DNA of 64,000 nucleotides. It comes from Candidatus Cryptobacteroides sp. (GTDB taxonomy: Bacteria; Bacteroidota; Bacteroidia; Bacteroidales; UBA932). Both the position numbers and the translations under genes were made by a program. The notes under the pieces were generated by a model that did not search any database, was not told the origin of the DNA, and was given only the letters and a program-made list of their open reading frames with translations. Shown here piece after piece: positions 9,637 through 20,078 of this stretch; position 1 is the first letter of the stretch, and each line of letters opens with the position of its first letter. The DNA lies in the NCBI GenBank assembly GCA_045597605.1, contig JAZLKN010000042.1, positions 15,504 through 79,503 on the forward strand, given 5' to 3'.

Positions 9637-10965
9637 TCAATGCCTCATCCGGCGGGCCATCTGCATCATCGCAGCCGGGTTGATTGCCATCTTCATCATC
9701 TTGCGGCTGCTCTCGAACTGCTTGAGAAGCTGATTGACTGCCTGGAGAGACGTTCCTGAACCGTCCGCGATGCGCTTGCGACGGCTGCCGTTGATTATGT
9801 CAGGGTTTTCTCGCTCGTATGGCGTCATTGAAAGAATTATGGCCTCAGTGCTCTTGAAGGCCTTGTCATTATCGATTTCTATGTCCTTGATCGCCTTACC
9901 AACCCCAGGAATCATACCGGCCAAATCCTTTATATTACCCATCTTGCGCACCTGCTGTATCTGATTGTAGAAATCCTGGAGATTGAACTGATCCTTGGCA
10001 ATCTTCTTCTTCATCTCACGGGCCTGTTTCTCGTCAAACTGGGCCTGGGCCTTCTCCACGAGGGAGACGACATCACCCATACCGAGTATTCTGTCGGCCA
10101 TACGTGCCGGATGGAATACATCGAGAGCATCCATTTTCTCTCCAGCGGAAACAAACTTGACAGGTTTTCCCGTAACAGCCTTTATTGACAAGGCGGCGCC
10201 ACCGCGTGTGTCTCCGTCCATTTTTGTCAGAACAACACCCGTAACTGACAATCTCTCATTGAATATTTTTGCTGTTTCTACGGCATCCTGGCCAGTCATC
10301 GCATCAGCAACAAACAGCGTCTCAGTAGGATTTATAGCCTTTGAAAGAGTCTCAATTTCATTCATCAACTCCTCATCAACGCTCAAACGTCCGGCTGTAT
10401 CAACTACGACCACGCTGAATCCGTTTGATTTTGCATAGGTGACGGCGTTCTTTGCTACTTTAACGGGGTCTTTCTCACCTTCCTCACTATAGACGGGAAC
10501 TTCGACACTTTCAGCAAGGACTTTCAACTGATCTATTGCCGCAGGACGGAAGGTGTCACAGGCAGCAAGCACCACCTTCATTCCTTTCTTGCTCTTTATG
10601 TAATTGGCAAGTTTGCTGCTGAGTGTGGTTTTACCGGAACCGTTCAGACCGGCAACCAGAATGATTGCGGGACTGCCTTTCACTTTGAGCTCGCTGGCCT
10701 CGCTTCCCATCAGTGCAGCGAGTTCATCGTGCACAATCTTTATCATCATCTGACCGGGATTAACTGCCGTCAGAACATTGGCTCCCATTGCCTTGGCTTT
10801 TACATCATCGCAGAAACCCTTGGCCACCTTATATGACACGTCGGCATCCAGCAAAGCCCTGCGGACTTCCTTCAAAGTTTCGGCGACGTTGATTTCAGTA
10901 ATCTTTCCCTGGCCCTTCAGTATTTTGAGCGAACGCTCAAGCTTGTCCTGTAAGTTCTCGAACAT
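9637..10965 (-). CDS. ffh: Signal recognition particle protein Ffh
   Basis: MFENLQDKL, GLNGSGKTT, DTAGR, TKMDGDTRGGAALS and M-domain motifs. Confidence 0.98.
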   Translation of the reverse strand: MFENLQDKLERSLKILKGQGKITEINVAETLKEVRRALLDADVSYKVAKGFCDDVKAKAMGANVLTAVNPGQMMIKIVHDELAALMGSEASELKVKGSPAIILVAGLNGSGKTTLSSKLANYIKSKKGMKVVLAACDTFRPAAIDQLKVLAESVEVPVYSEEGEKDPVKVAKNAVTYAKSNGFSVVVVDTAGRLSVDEELMNEIETLSKAINPTETLFVADAMTGQDAVETAKIFNERLSVTGVVLTKMDGDTRGGAALSIKAVTGKPVKFVSAGEKMDALDVFHPARMADRILGMGDVVSLVEKAQAQFDEKQAREMKKKIAKDQFNLQDFYNQIQQVRKMGNIKDLAGMIPGVGKAIKDIEIDNDKAFKSTEAIILSMTPYERENPDIINGSRRKRIADGSGTSLQAVNQLLKQFESSRKMMKMAINPAAMMQMARRMRH

Positions 10966-11190
10966 ATCAATCCGTGTTAAATCCAGTCAAATTTCAAATT
11001 AAGACGCTTCAGCCTTAAATGAAGACGTTCGCAAAGATAGTGTGTTTGTCGGTATAATCAATGAAAACGGTATCGTTTTTCAGAAAAAGTACAGAGTTCA
11101 GGCCAAATGTCATTTTTCGGGGTCTTGAACAGTATTGAATAAACCGCTAAGTTTGCGATTCATAACTGAACCACAAACTGCTTTAGAATT

Positions 11191-12123
11191 ATGAATTACT
11201 TCAATGAAAATGACGATTACGGATGCAATCCTATCCGTTTTTATCACGTATGTACCGATGGGGAGGATAATGGCATTGTGTACACATCTGAAAACGATTA
11301 CAGGCAAGCTGTCACGATAAGCGCAATCTGTGCTTACAAAGCAGATGTCAAAATCGTTTGCTTCTGCCATATGTCAACCCACTCACATTTTGTGATTTGG
11401 AGCGACAGCTACGATAAGGCTGAATGTTTTTCCAATTCATTCAAGCGGGATTATTCAAGGTATTTCGTTCTGAAATATAGGGCAGATCCGGTATATTGCG
11501 GAATTTCGGCAAAACCGATTTTAATTGCTGATCGGTTTTACCTGATGAACTGTATTGCGTATGTACTGAACAACCCGGTTGCCGCAAAGATTACTTCCAG
11601 GGCAGAGGATTACAGGTGGTCATCATTCAATGCATATTTCAACGAATCATCCGACGACAGTGTACCTATCGAACACTTGGGAGTAAGAAATATCCGCAAT
11701 ATTCTTCAAACCAAGACAAAATTGCAAAATTCCGGATTCCGTATCAATACGGACGGCTCGATACATTTAAAGTCGTACATCGATTATGGGATTGTGGAAA
11801 GAATTTATGGTGGCAAGAAAGAATTCTACCGTTCGATGGCGATGACCGACAGCGCCGTCGAAGAGATGAGATATGTTTCGCACGTTGTCCGTTTCACCGA
11901 TACTGAATTGTACGCGGAAGCACTGGAAATAGCACGCCGGAAATACTCCACAAATACCTTGAACCTTCTTACAAAAGAACGGAAGATTGCTCTTGTCATA
12001 CCTTTGCAGCGAAAAACCAAAGCATCTGTCGAAAGGATAGCACGCATTCTCAGAATTAGTCCGAAAGAGGTAAAAAGATATGCAGGATTGATAGAGGATG
12101 TGGCCACTCCTTCAGAAAAGTAA
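11191..12123 (+). mobile_element. HUH/Y1 tyrosine transposase, REP-associated (RAYT/TnpA-REP) type
   Basis: FYHV N-terminal strand, HUH motif CHMSTHSHFVI, catalytic-Tyr motif AYVLNNPVAA, AEDYRWSSF (RAYT-type xEDYxWSS), C-terminal helical extension; about 40-42% GC in sampled lines versus about 50-55% in core genes; own TAAGTTTG promoter; no tnpB nearby. Confidence 0.85.
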
Positions 12124-12209
12124 GGGAGTAGCCACGCAACCGGCCTTATAGCATGTTGTGTTAAGGTGAAGTGTGGCCACTCCATACACAAACCGAGGGA
12201 GTGAGCACA
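12099..12209. repeat. BIME-like array of four alternating inverted REP-like units
   Basis: TGTGGCCACTCC (12099-12110, fwd), GGAGTAGCCAC (12125-12135, rev), GTGTGGCCACTCC (12171-12182, fwd), GGAGTGAGCACA (12198-12209, rev). Confidence 0.85.
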
Positions 12210-12322
12210 TCTGACGAAAGTATCTTTCTTTTTCCGGCAAATATTACTATATTTGTCAGTATTTTACGTGCGAACGTCAGAAAAAATAAGAACTATAAAA
12301 TATAAACTAAAAATATCGCATT

Positions 12323-15300
12323 ATGGCACAAAAGAAATTCATTACCTGCGATGGCAACTGGGCAGCTGCCCACATTGCTTACCTGTTCAGTGAGCATGCT
12401 GCCATCTACCCCATCACCCCTTCATCTACTATGGCTGAAAATGTGGACGAATGGGCTGCCGCAGGTAAAAAGAACCTTTTCGGTGAGGTTGTGAAAGTCA
12501 CCGAGATGCAGAGCGAAGGCGGTGCAGCCGGAGCAGTTCACGGTTCACTTCAGGCCGGTGCTCTCACCACGACCTTCACGGCATCACAGGGACTTCTTCT
12601 GATGATCCCCAATATGTACAAGATTGCCGGTGAACTGCTCCCTACAGTTTTCCACGTATCCGCACGCGCGCTCGCCACACACGCCCTGTCCATCTTCGGT
12701 GACCATCAGGATGTAATGGCCTGCCGTCAGACCGGTTTCGCCTTCCTGGCATCAGCATCCGTACAGGAAGCCCTCGACCTCGCCGCTGTGGCTCATCTGT
12801 CAACCATCAAGAGCAGCATCCCCTTCGTACACTTCTTCGACGGATTCCGCACTTCACACGAGATACAGAAAATCGAGCTCATCGACGAGGACAAGCTGAA
12901 GGAAATGATTTCCGATAAAGCCCTGCAGAACTTCCGCAAGAGAGCATTGAACCCCGATGCGCCCGTTACCCGCGGTACTGCACAGAACGGTGACGTCTAT
13001 TTCCAGAATACCGAGGCCCGCAACAAATACTACAGCGAGGTAGATGATATCGTCGCCCGTTATATGGGTGAGATTTCCGAGCTTACAGGCCGCGACTACC
13101 GTCCTTTCGACTACTACGGCGCACCCGATGCCAAGAAGGTCATCATAGCGATGGGCTCCGTAACGGAGACCGTCAAGGGCGTTGTGGACAAACTCGCAGC
13201 AGAAGGCAAGAAGGTCGGTCTGATGATTGTACGCCTCTACCGTCCTTTCTCTGCTAAGTATTTCTTCAAGGCATTGCCCAAGACTGTCAAGAGAATTGCC
13301 GTCCTGGACCGCTGCAAAGAGCCCGGCGCTCTCGGAGAGCCCCTCTATCTCGACATCAAGGCCCTCTTCCAGGGCGAGGATAAAGCTCCCGTAATAGTAG
13401 GCGGCCGCTACGGTCTGTCCTCAAAGGATACCACTCCTTCACAGATTCTCGCCGTTTATGAGAACCTCGATGCAAAGGAACCCAGGAACAACTTCACCAT
13501 CGGTATCGTGGATGACGTGACTTTCCTGTCACTCCCCCAGAAAGAGGAATTTTCAATCGTTAAGGAAGGCACGACAGAATGCCGTTTCTACGGTCTGGGT
13601 TCAGACGGTACGGTAGGCGCCAACAAGAACACCATCAAGATCATCGGTGACAACACCACACTTTATGCACAGGGTTATTTCGATTACGACTCCAAGAAGT
13701 CAGGCGGATACACCTGCAGCCATCTTCGTTTCGGCAAAGAACCCATCAAGGCTCCTTACCTTGTAAGCACTCCCGACTTTGTGGCCTGCCACGTGCCCTC
13801 ATACCTCAGCAAATATGACGTTCTCGAAGGTATCAAGGAGAACGGTACCCTGCTTCTGAACAGCCTCTGGGACGAAGAAGAGACGCTCAAGCGTATTCCC
13901 GACCACGTAAAGGGCATCATCGGCCGCAAGAACATCAAGCTCTACGTCATCAACGCAACCAAGATTGCAGCTGAGATTGGTCTGGGCGGACGCACCAACA
14001 CCATACTCCAGAGTGCATTCTTCAAGATTACCGGCATAATTCCCTACGAGGAGGCCGTGGGTCATATGAAGCACGCCATCGACAAGAGCTACGGCAAGAA
14101 GGGTGAGAATGTCGTGAAGATGAACTACGCGGCCGTTGACCGCGGCGGAGAGTATATCGAGGTAGCCGTTCCCGCAGAATGGAAGGAAATCACTGCCAAG
14201 TTCGAGATTCCCGGCAAGGAGCGTATGGCTCCCACATTCGTCAAGGAGATTGCCGATGTCTGCAACTCACAGAACGGTAACAAACTGCCCGTCAGCGTAT
14301 TCACAGTGGACGGCACAATGCCTGCCGGTACTGCAGCATACGAGAAACGCGGAATCGCCGTCAAGGTTCCCGCCTGGGACTCTGAGAAATGTATCCAGTG
14401 CAACACCTGCGCCATCGTCTGCCCTCACGCCGTCATACGTCCTTTCCTTCTGAGCGAAGAGCATGCCGCCAAGGCTCCCAAGACCATTATGCTCCTTCCC
14501 GTCAAGGGCGCTCCCGCAGGAAGCGATGCAAAATACTACACTCTCGCCTTCTCCAATGCTGACTGTACCGGTTGCGGCAACTGCGTGGATTACTGCCTCG
14601 CAAAGGAGAAAGCCCTGTCAATGGTTCCCTACGATTCAGAGGACGACAAGGCTCAGAAAGAATACGATTATCTCGACAAGAAAGTCGGCTACACTGCAAT
14701 AGAGGCTGCAAAGGCCAATATGAAGACCTCACAGTTCAACCAGCCCTACTTCGAATTCAGCGGAGCCTGCGCAGGTTGCGGCGAGACTCCTTATATCAAG
14801 GCCATCACCCAGCTCTTCGGTGACAGGATGATGATTTCCAACGCCACAGGATGTTCATCCATCTACGGCGCATCCTATCCCGCATCACCCTACTGCACAA
14901 ATGCAGAAGGTCACGGCCCCGCCTGGCAGAACTCTCTCTTCGAGGATTTCTGCGAATTCGGTCTGGGTATGCACGTAGGTTCAGACCGTGCACGTCAGAC
15001 AGTAGCCAGACTGATGACGCAGGGTCTGGAGTGCGACTGCTGCGGTGACGAAATCAAAGCCCTGTTCAAGCAGTGGCTCGACGCTCCCCAGAATGCGGCT
15101 TCAACCCGTGAGGTTGCCGACAAGCTCGTTCCCCTTATGAAAGAATGCGGCTGCGACATCTGCAGGCAGCTTCTCGACTACGAGCATTTCATTCCTTCAC
15201 GCAGCCAGTGGATTATCGGCGGTGACGGTGCCAGCTATGACATCGGTTACGGCGGACTCGACCACGTACTGGCCAGCGGCGAAAACGTGAACATCCTGGT

Positions 15301-15847
15301 TCTCGACACCGAGGTTTACTCCAACACAGGCGGACAGAGCAGCAAATCGACGCCTGCCGGCGCTATCGCCAAGTTCGCAGCTTCAGGCAAGAAGGTACGC
15401 AAGAAAGACCTTGGAATGATGGCTATGAGCTACGGATACGTCTATGTCGCACAGGTTGCAATGGGAGCATCACAGGTTCAGTTCATCAATGCAATCAAGG
15501 AAGCCGAGGCTTATGACGGTCCTTCAATCATCATAGCCTATGCGCCTTGCATCAACCACGGTCTGAAAGCCGGTATGGGTCTGAGCCAGCGCGAGGAGAA
15601 ACTCGCCGTAGAGTGCGGCTACTGGCAGCTCTACCGCTACAACCCCGCCCTGATTGAAGAAGGCAAGAATCCTTTCACTCTCGACTCCAAGGAGCCCGAC
15701 TGGAGCAAGTTCCAGGACTTCCTCAAAGGTGAGGTGCGTTTCGCATCCCTCTACAAGATGTTCCCCGGACAGGCAGACGAACTCCTTCAGAAGACTGAGG
15801 AATTCGCCAAGATCCGTCTTGAGAACTACAAACGACTTGCGAAATAA
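12323..15847 (+). CDS. nifJ: Pyruvate:ferredoxin (flavodoxin) oxidoreductase
   Basis: AIYPITPSS, EMQSEGGAAG, two CxxCxxCxxxC ferredoxin motifs, FSGACAGCGE, TPP-binding GGDG..YDIG..LDTEVYSNTGGQ. Confidence 0.98.
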   Translation: MAQKKFITCDGNWAAAHIAYLFSEHAAIYPITPSSTMAENVDEWAAAGKKNLFGEVVKVTEMQSEGGAAGAVHGSLQAGALTTTFTASQGLLLMIPNMYKIAGELLPTVFHVSARALATHALSIFGDHQDVMACRQTGFAFLASASVQEALDLAAVAHLSTIKSSIPFVHFFDGFRTSHEIQKIELIDEDKLKEMISDKALQNFRKRALNPDAPVTRGTAQNGDVYFQNTEARNKYYSEVDDIVARYMGEISELTGRDYRPFDYYGAPDAKKVIIAMGSVTETVKGVVDKLAAEGKKVGLMIVRLYRPFSAKYFFKALPKTVKRIAVLDRCKEPGALGEPLYLDIKALFQGEDKAPVIVGGRYGLSSKDTTPSQILAVYENLDAKEPRNNFTIGIVDDVTFLSLPQKEEFSIVKEGTTECRFYGLGSDGTVGANKNTIKIIGDNTTLYAQGYFDYDSKKSGGYTCSHLRFGKEPIKAPYLVSTPDFVACHVPSYLSKYDVLEGIKENGTLLLNSLWDEEETLKRIPDHVKGIIGRKNIKLYVINATKIAAEIGLGGRTNTILQSAFFKITGIIPYEEAVGHMKHAIDKSYGKKGENVVKMNYAAVDRGGEYIEVAVPAEWKEITAKFEIPGKERMAPTFVKEIADVCNSQNGNKLPVSVFTVDGTMPAGTAAYEKRGIAVKVPAWDSEKCIQCNTCAIVCPHAVIRPFLLSEEHAAKAPKTIMLLPVKGAPAGSDAKYYTLAFSNADCTGCGNCVDYCLAKEKALSMVPYDSEDDKAQKEYDYLDKKVGYTAIEAAKANMKTSQFNQPYFEFSGACAGCGETPYIKAITQLFGDRMMISNATGCSSIYGASYPASPYCTNAEGHGPAWQNSLFEDFCEFGLGMHVGSDRARQTVARLMTQGLECDCCGDEIKALFKQWLDAPQNAASTREVADKLVPLMKECGCDICRQLLDYEHFIPSRSQWIIGGDGASYDIGYGGLDHVLASGENVNILVLDTEVYSNTGGQSSKSTPAGAIAKFAASGKKVRKKDLGMMAMSYGYVYVAQVAMGASQVQFINAIKEAEAYDGPSIIIAYAPCINHGLKAGMGLSQREEKLAVECGYWQLYRYNPALIEEGKNPFTLDSKEPDWSKFQDFLKGEVRFASLYKMFPGQADELLQKTEEFAKIRLENYKRLAK

Positions 15848-15860
15848 AACAAAATTCTGA

Positions 15861-15899
15861 CAAAAAGTCTGTGTCATTATTGTTTGGCACAGACTTTGT
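15861..15899 (+). terminator. Terminator-like hairpin after nifJ
   Basis: AAAGTCTGTGTCA / TGGCACAGACTTT stem. Confidence 0.65.
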
Positions 15900-15928
15900 T
15901 ATTGAGAAACAATAAATTCTTATTGAAA

Positions 15929-18733
15929 ATGAAGAAATATTTCCTCTCAATCGTTGCCTTTGCTATGGCGGCAACGTTTGCATTCGGACAGACTCCCCTG
16001 CCCAACGACCCTGAGGTCAAGACCGGTAAACTCGAAAACGGAATGACCTACTACATCCGTCACAACGCTCTTCCCGAAGGACGCTGCGAATTCTATCTTG
16101 CAACAAACGTCGGCGCAATTCAGGAGGCTCCTGACCAGGACGGTCTCGCCCACTTCCTGGAGCATATGTGCTTCAACGGTCTCAAGAACCTTCCCGGCAA
16201 GCAGATGCTCGATTATCTGCAGCACATCGGCGCAGAATTCGGCCGCAACATCAATGCTTCAACGGGCGTTGAGCATACCCAGTATATGCTCAACAATATG
16301 CCTGTCACACGCGAGGGCATACTTGACACCTGTCTTCTGGTAATGCATGACTATTCTCATTTCGTGCTCAACGATCCCGAGGAAATCGATGCAGAGCGCG
16401 GAGTCATACTCGAGGAGAAGCGCACACGCAATACAGCTTCCTGGCGTATGTTCGAGCAGAGCGCTCCCTATATCTACGGCGAGAGCAGCAAATATGCCAA
16501 ATGCAACATCATCGGCAGCGAAGAGAACCTTAAGACCTTCAAGCCTTCAAGCCTCGAGACTTTCTACAAGACCTGGTATCAGCCTGATATGCAGGCTCTC
16601 ATCATTGTCGGCGACATTGACGTAGAGCAGGTTTACGACAAGGTCGTCAAACTGTTCGCAGACATTCCCGCACCCGCACAGCCCACAGTGAAGGTAATGC
16701 CGGCAGTCGAAATCAACGAGGAACCCGTCGTGGCAGTCCTTACTGACAAGGAGAACACTTCAACCAACCTCGAGTTCATCTGGAAGCTGGGTGAACCCAC
16801 ACCCAAGGCCATGAACGGTACCGATATGGGTTACTTCGAGAGGATACTCAAGCGCATTATCAGAGGCGTGATGAACGAAAGGCTCAGCGACATCGCTTCA
16901 AAGGCTGACGCTCCTTTCCTCGGCGCAGCCCTGGGTGTTTACAACCTTTCCGAAACTTGCGAGGCCGTGGACGGTTCCGTGTACTGCGACAACGCCAAGA
17001 CTCTCGAGGCAGCCAAAGTCTTCCTCACCGAGATGGAGAAGATGAAACGCTACGGCTTCAACGACGGTGAAGTCAACCGTGTCAAGGAGAACATCATCAA
17101 ATCATTGAAAGACAAGGTTGCAGGCGTCAGCACACGCAAGAACCCCGAATTCATATATCCCATTATGGAACATTTCTTCGGCGGTTATTCATATCTCGCT
17201 CCCGAGACCGAACTCCAGATTGCACAGGCACTCTGCTCACAGGTCAGCGCTGCTCTCGTCAACCAGGTTCTTCCTCAGATTTTCACAGGCGAACACCTTA
17301 CCATATTATATACCGGCGTTGACCAGGAAGGTCAGGTTCATCCTACGAAGGAACAGCTTCTTGCCGTCGTTGAAGAGGTAAAGAATGCAGAAATCCAGGC
17401 AAATGCCGCCGAGGAGATAAGCAGTGATTTCATGGCCGGAATCACCCTCAAGGCCGGCGCTGTAAAGAAGGCTGCTGCAGGCGATTACGGAGCAACCGTA
17501 TGGACGCTGAAGAACGGCCTCAAGGTGGTTGTCCTTCCTACTGAATACAAGAAAGATCAGGTTGTCTTCGAACTGACAAAGAAAGGTGGACGCAGCCTTG
17601 TTCCCGCACAGGACGTGTATTCATTCGACGGCACGATTGCACAGATCTTCGATTCCAACTGCGGTATCGCATCCTACAGCAACACCACAGTCTCCAAAAT
17701 GCTTACGGGCAAGACATTAACCGTAGCTCCTTTCATTACGGGTTCACGCAACGGTGTCAGGGGCAACAGCACTCCCGAAGACTTCGAGACTGCCCTGCAG
17801 CTTGTCAACCTGTATTTCACCAATCCCCGTTTCGACCAGGAAGAATGGAACGTCGGCATCAACCAGATAAACGCCATTCTGCCCAATATGATCAGCACGC
17901 CTGACTACAAGTTCTCGGATCACCTGTACAAGGGCCTGTTCGGAAACAGCCCCTATGCCTCATACATTTCAGTGGAGACCGTGCAGAAGGCAAGTCTTGA
18001 CATCTATGCCAAATACTACAGACAGATGTTCAATGATATTGCAGGCGCAACCCTTTACATTGTGGGCAACGTCGATGTCAATGCAATCAAGCCCCTCGTG
18101 GAGAAATACTGCGGCAGCCTTGCAAAGGGCAGGAAGGCCGCAAACTGGAATGCGGCAAATATTGCGGTGCCTGTAAAGGGTACGGTTCAAGACATCTTCA
18201 AGACTGCCATGACCACGCCCAAGGCAACAGTTCTCCAGGTTTTCACTGCAGACCTCCCCTACACCCTGCAGAAAGAAGTCAACCTCGATGCCGCAGGCTT
18301 CATCCTCAATATGATTTACACCGAGACTCTGCGTGAGCAGGAAGGCGGCACATACGGCGCCTCAGCTGTATTCAACATCGGGTACGAGCCTTTCGAGGAT
18401 GCAATGCTCCAGGTTTACTTCGACACCAATATCGACCAGCAGGAGAAACTTCGCGAGCTGGCTCTCAAAGGTCTGAACGGCCTTGCAACCGACGGTCCCA
18501 CCGAGGAGCAGCTCACCCGCGCAATCGAGAACGCCAAGAAGAACCTTCCCGAGAAGCGCATCACAAACTCCTATTGGGTTGGCGCGTTCAAGTACAATGC
18601 CAACCATGGCGGAAACTACGATGCAGAGTACGAGGCTGCCATCAACAACATCACAGCTGACGGCATCAAGGCCGCCGTCAAGGAAATTGTTGACCAGCAG
18701 AACTTCTTTGAAATCGTAATGCTTCCCGAATAA
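15929..18733 (+). CDS. M16 family zinc peptidase (PqqL/pitrilysin-like)
   Basis: Signal peptide AFG|Q; inverted zinc motif GLAHFLEHMCFNG; ERGVILEE; second half WTLKNGLKVV..LREQEGGTYG. Confidence 0.95.
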   Translation: MKKYFLSIVAFAMAATFAFGQTPLPNDPEVKTGKLENGMTYYIRHNALPEGRCEFYLATNVGAIQEAPDQDGLAHFLEHMCFNGLKNLPGKQMLDYLQHIGAEFGRNINASTGVEHTQYMLNNMPVTREGILDTCLLVMHDYSHFVLNDPEEIDAERGVILEEKRTRNTASWRMFEQSAPYIYGESSKYAKCNIIGSEENLKTFKPSSLETFYKTWYQPDMQALIIVGDIDVEQVYDKVVKLFADIPAPAQPTVKVMPAVEINEEPVVAVLTDKENTSTNLEFIWKLGEPTPKAMNGTDMGYFERILKRIIRGVMNERLSDIASKADAPFLGAALGVYNLSETCEAVDGSVYCDNAKTLEAAKVFLTEMEKMKRYGFNDGEVNRVKENIIKSLKDKVAGVSTRKNPEFIYPIMEHFFGGYSYLAPETELQIAQALCSQVSAALVNQVLPQIFTGEHLTILYTGVDQEGQVHPTKEQLLAVVEEVKNAEIQANAAEEISSDFMAGITLKAGAVKKAAAGDYGATVWTLKNGLKVVVLPTEYKKDQVVFELTKKGGRSLVPAQDVYSFDGTIAQIFDSNCGIASYSNTTVSKMLTGKTLTVAPFITGSRNGVRGNSTPEDFETALQLVNLYFTNPRFDQEEWNVGINQINAILPNMISTPDYKFSDHLYKGLFGNSPYASYISVETVQKASLDIYAKYYRQMFNDIAGATLYIVGNVDVNAIKPLVEKYCGSLAKGRKAANWNAANIAVPVKGTVQDIFKTAMTTPKATVLQVFTADLPYTLQKEVNLDAAGFILNMIYTETLREQEGGTYGASAVFNIGYEPFEDAMLQVYFDTNIDQQEKLRELALKGLNGLATDGPTEEQLTRAIENAKKNLPEKRITNSYWVGAFKYNANHGGNYDAEYEAAINNITADGIKAAVKEIVDQQNFFEIVMLPE

Positions 18734-18762
18734 TCGCCATCACGATTCTGGCTTTCAGGAAT

Positions 18763-19833
18763 TCAGTCGATTATTCCCGCAAAGAACAGATTTACAATCG
18801 GACGCTGAGGCGAATTCGTAGTAAGCGTCACTATCACAAGAGCCTCCCCTTTCGGGAGGTTCTTTGTATCCAGGGTGACGGTAAGCGTGTCTTCCTCGCC
18901 GGGAGCAACATCTTTGACAGGATTTGTTGCGCTCAGACCTTCATAATCGGAATCCACCTTATATATGTGGAGAGGGGCGGCACCCTTGTTGACACATTTG
19001 AACGTTGCGCAGACCTTCGCACCCTGTTTCCTGTGGCCGAAGGACCAGGTGCTCTCCGCGAAGACAGGGCGGCTGCCCTTGCTCTTCTGCTCGCGTGTAA
19101 GGGAGCTGAAGTTTTCCGTCGTGTGAGCTGTTACATTGATGCTCCTGCCGGTGCTCTTGCCGTTCACCACGGGTATGGCATTGTAAAGGTTCCGGCCCCA
19201 TTTTCCGGGTATGGATGACACTGTATAATATAAGGTGGCGTGTCCTCCTGCCGGCACGGGATTGGGTTTTACCTCGACCTTCAAGCCGTCGCTGACTCCC
19301 GTAAAAGTCACCTTCGCCGGGCTGTCTGAAAGGTTTGCGATGGTAGTCTGATCTCCCCTGCTTTCGCCCTGCTCTATGTTCACGCACTTGAAACTGTCAG
19401 AGGGCAATGCCAAGGCATTTCCATACTTGAATGTATAGATTTCCGCATCGCTCTTGAGCCTTTCCATCGCAACCCCGCGAAGATGGAGTATCACGGGGCA
19501 TCTTGTACCGGCAATGTTCACCGTCAACGTCTTGTCGAAAGGGTAAGGACCTTCGTCATTTGAATATGTAGCGCTGACTTTCGTGGACATCCCCGGTGCT
19601 ATGGGGTCATGGTCCCACCTCACGGAGGTGCATCCGCAGGAGGAAACCACGCTCTGAATCACCGCAGGCGAAGATGATACGTTGACGGCCTCGAAACTGC
19701 AGCTGACAGGGCCGACGGATATCAGCACCTGTCCGAAATCGTGCACGGTGCTCTCGAAACGGAATATCTCCTGCGCACCGGCATTGGAGGATACGCAGCA
19801 GATTACTGAAAGTAAAGTGACAAATCGCCTCAT
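18763..19833 (-). CDS. DUF1573-domain protein
   Basis: Signal peptide; HDFGQV..FEAVN..VVSSCGCTS..PIAPG..GPYPFDKTLTV Ig-like repeat pattern, repeated near the C-terminus. Confidence 0.85.
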   Translation of the reverse strand: MRRFVTLLSVICCVSSNAGAQEIFRFESTVHDFGQVLISVGPVSCSFEAVNVSSSPAVIQSVVSSCGCTSVRWDHDPIAPGMSTKVSATYSNDEGPYPFDKTLTVNIAGTRCPVILHLRGVAMERLKSDAEIYTFKYGNALALPSDSFKCVNIEQGESRGDQTTIANLSDSPAKVTFTGVSDGLKVEVKPNPVPAGGHATLYYTVSSIPGKWGRNLYNAIPVVNGKSTGRSINVTAHTTENFSSLTREQKSKGSRPVFAESTWSFGHRKQGAKVCATFKCVNKGAAPLHIYKVDSDYEGLSATNPVKDVAPGEEDTLTVTLDTKNLPKGEALVIVTLTTNSPQRPIVNLFFAGIID

Positions 19834-19890
19834 AACATTTGCAAAGATAAACTGATTTGATTATTTTTGCATATAACTAATACAAAAATT

Positions 19891-20061
19891 ATGGCATACA
19901 AGATTTCTAATGACTGTGTAGCTTGCGGCACTTGCATAGGCGAATGCCCTACAGGCGCCATTTCCGAAGGTGAAATTTACAAAATAGACCCGAACGTCTG
20001 CATTGACTGCGGTACTTGCGCTGATGCATGCCCTTCAGGTGCTATCGCTCCCGAGGAATAA
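19891..20061 (+). CDS. 2x[4Fe-4S] ferredoxin
   Basis: CVACGTCIGECP and CIDCGTCADACP motifs in 56 aa. Confidence 0.97.
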   Translation: MAYKISNDCVACGTCIGECPTGAISEGEIYKIDPNVCIDCGTCADACPSGAIAPEE

Positions 20062-20078
20062 GCAGCTCCACAAGTGAA

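Noticed and set aside
12099-12209. Possible CRISPR array
   Set aside because: The units are ~12 nt, alternate in orientation, have no regular 30-40 nt spacers, and there are no cas genes in the window.
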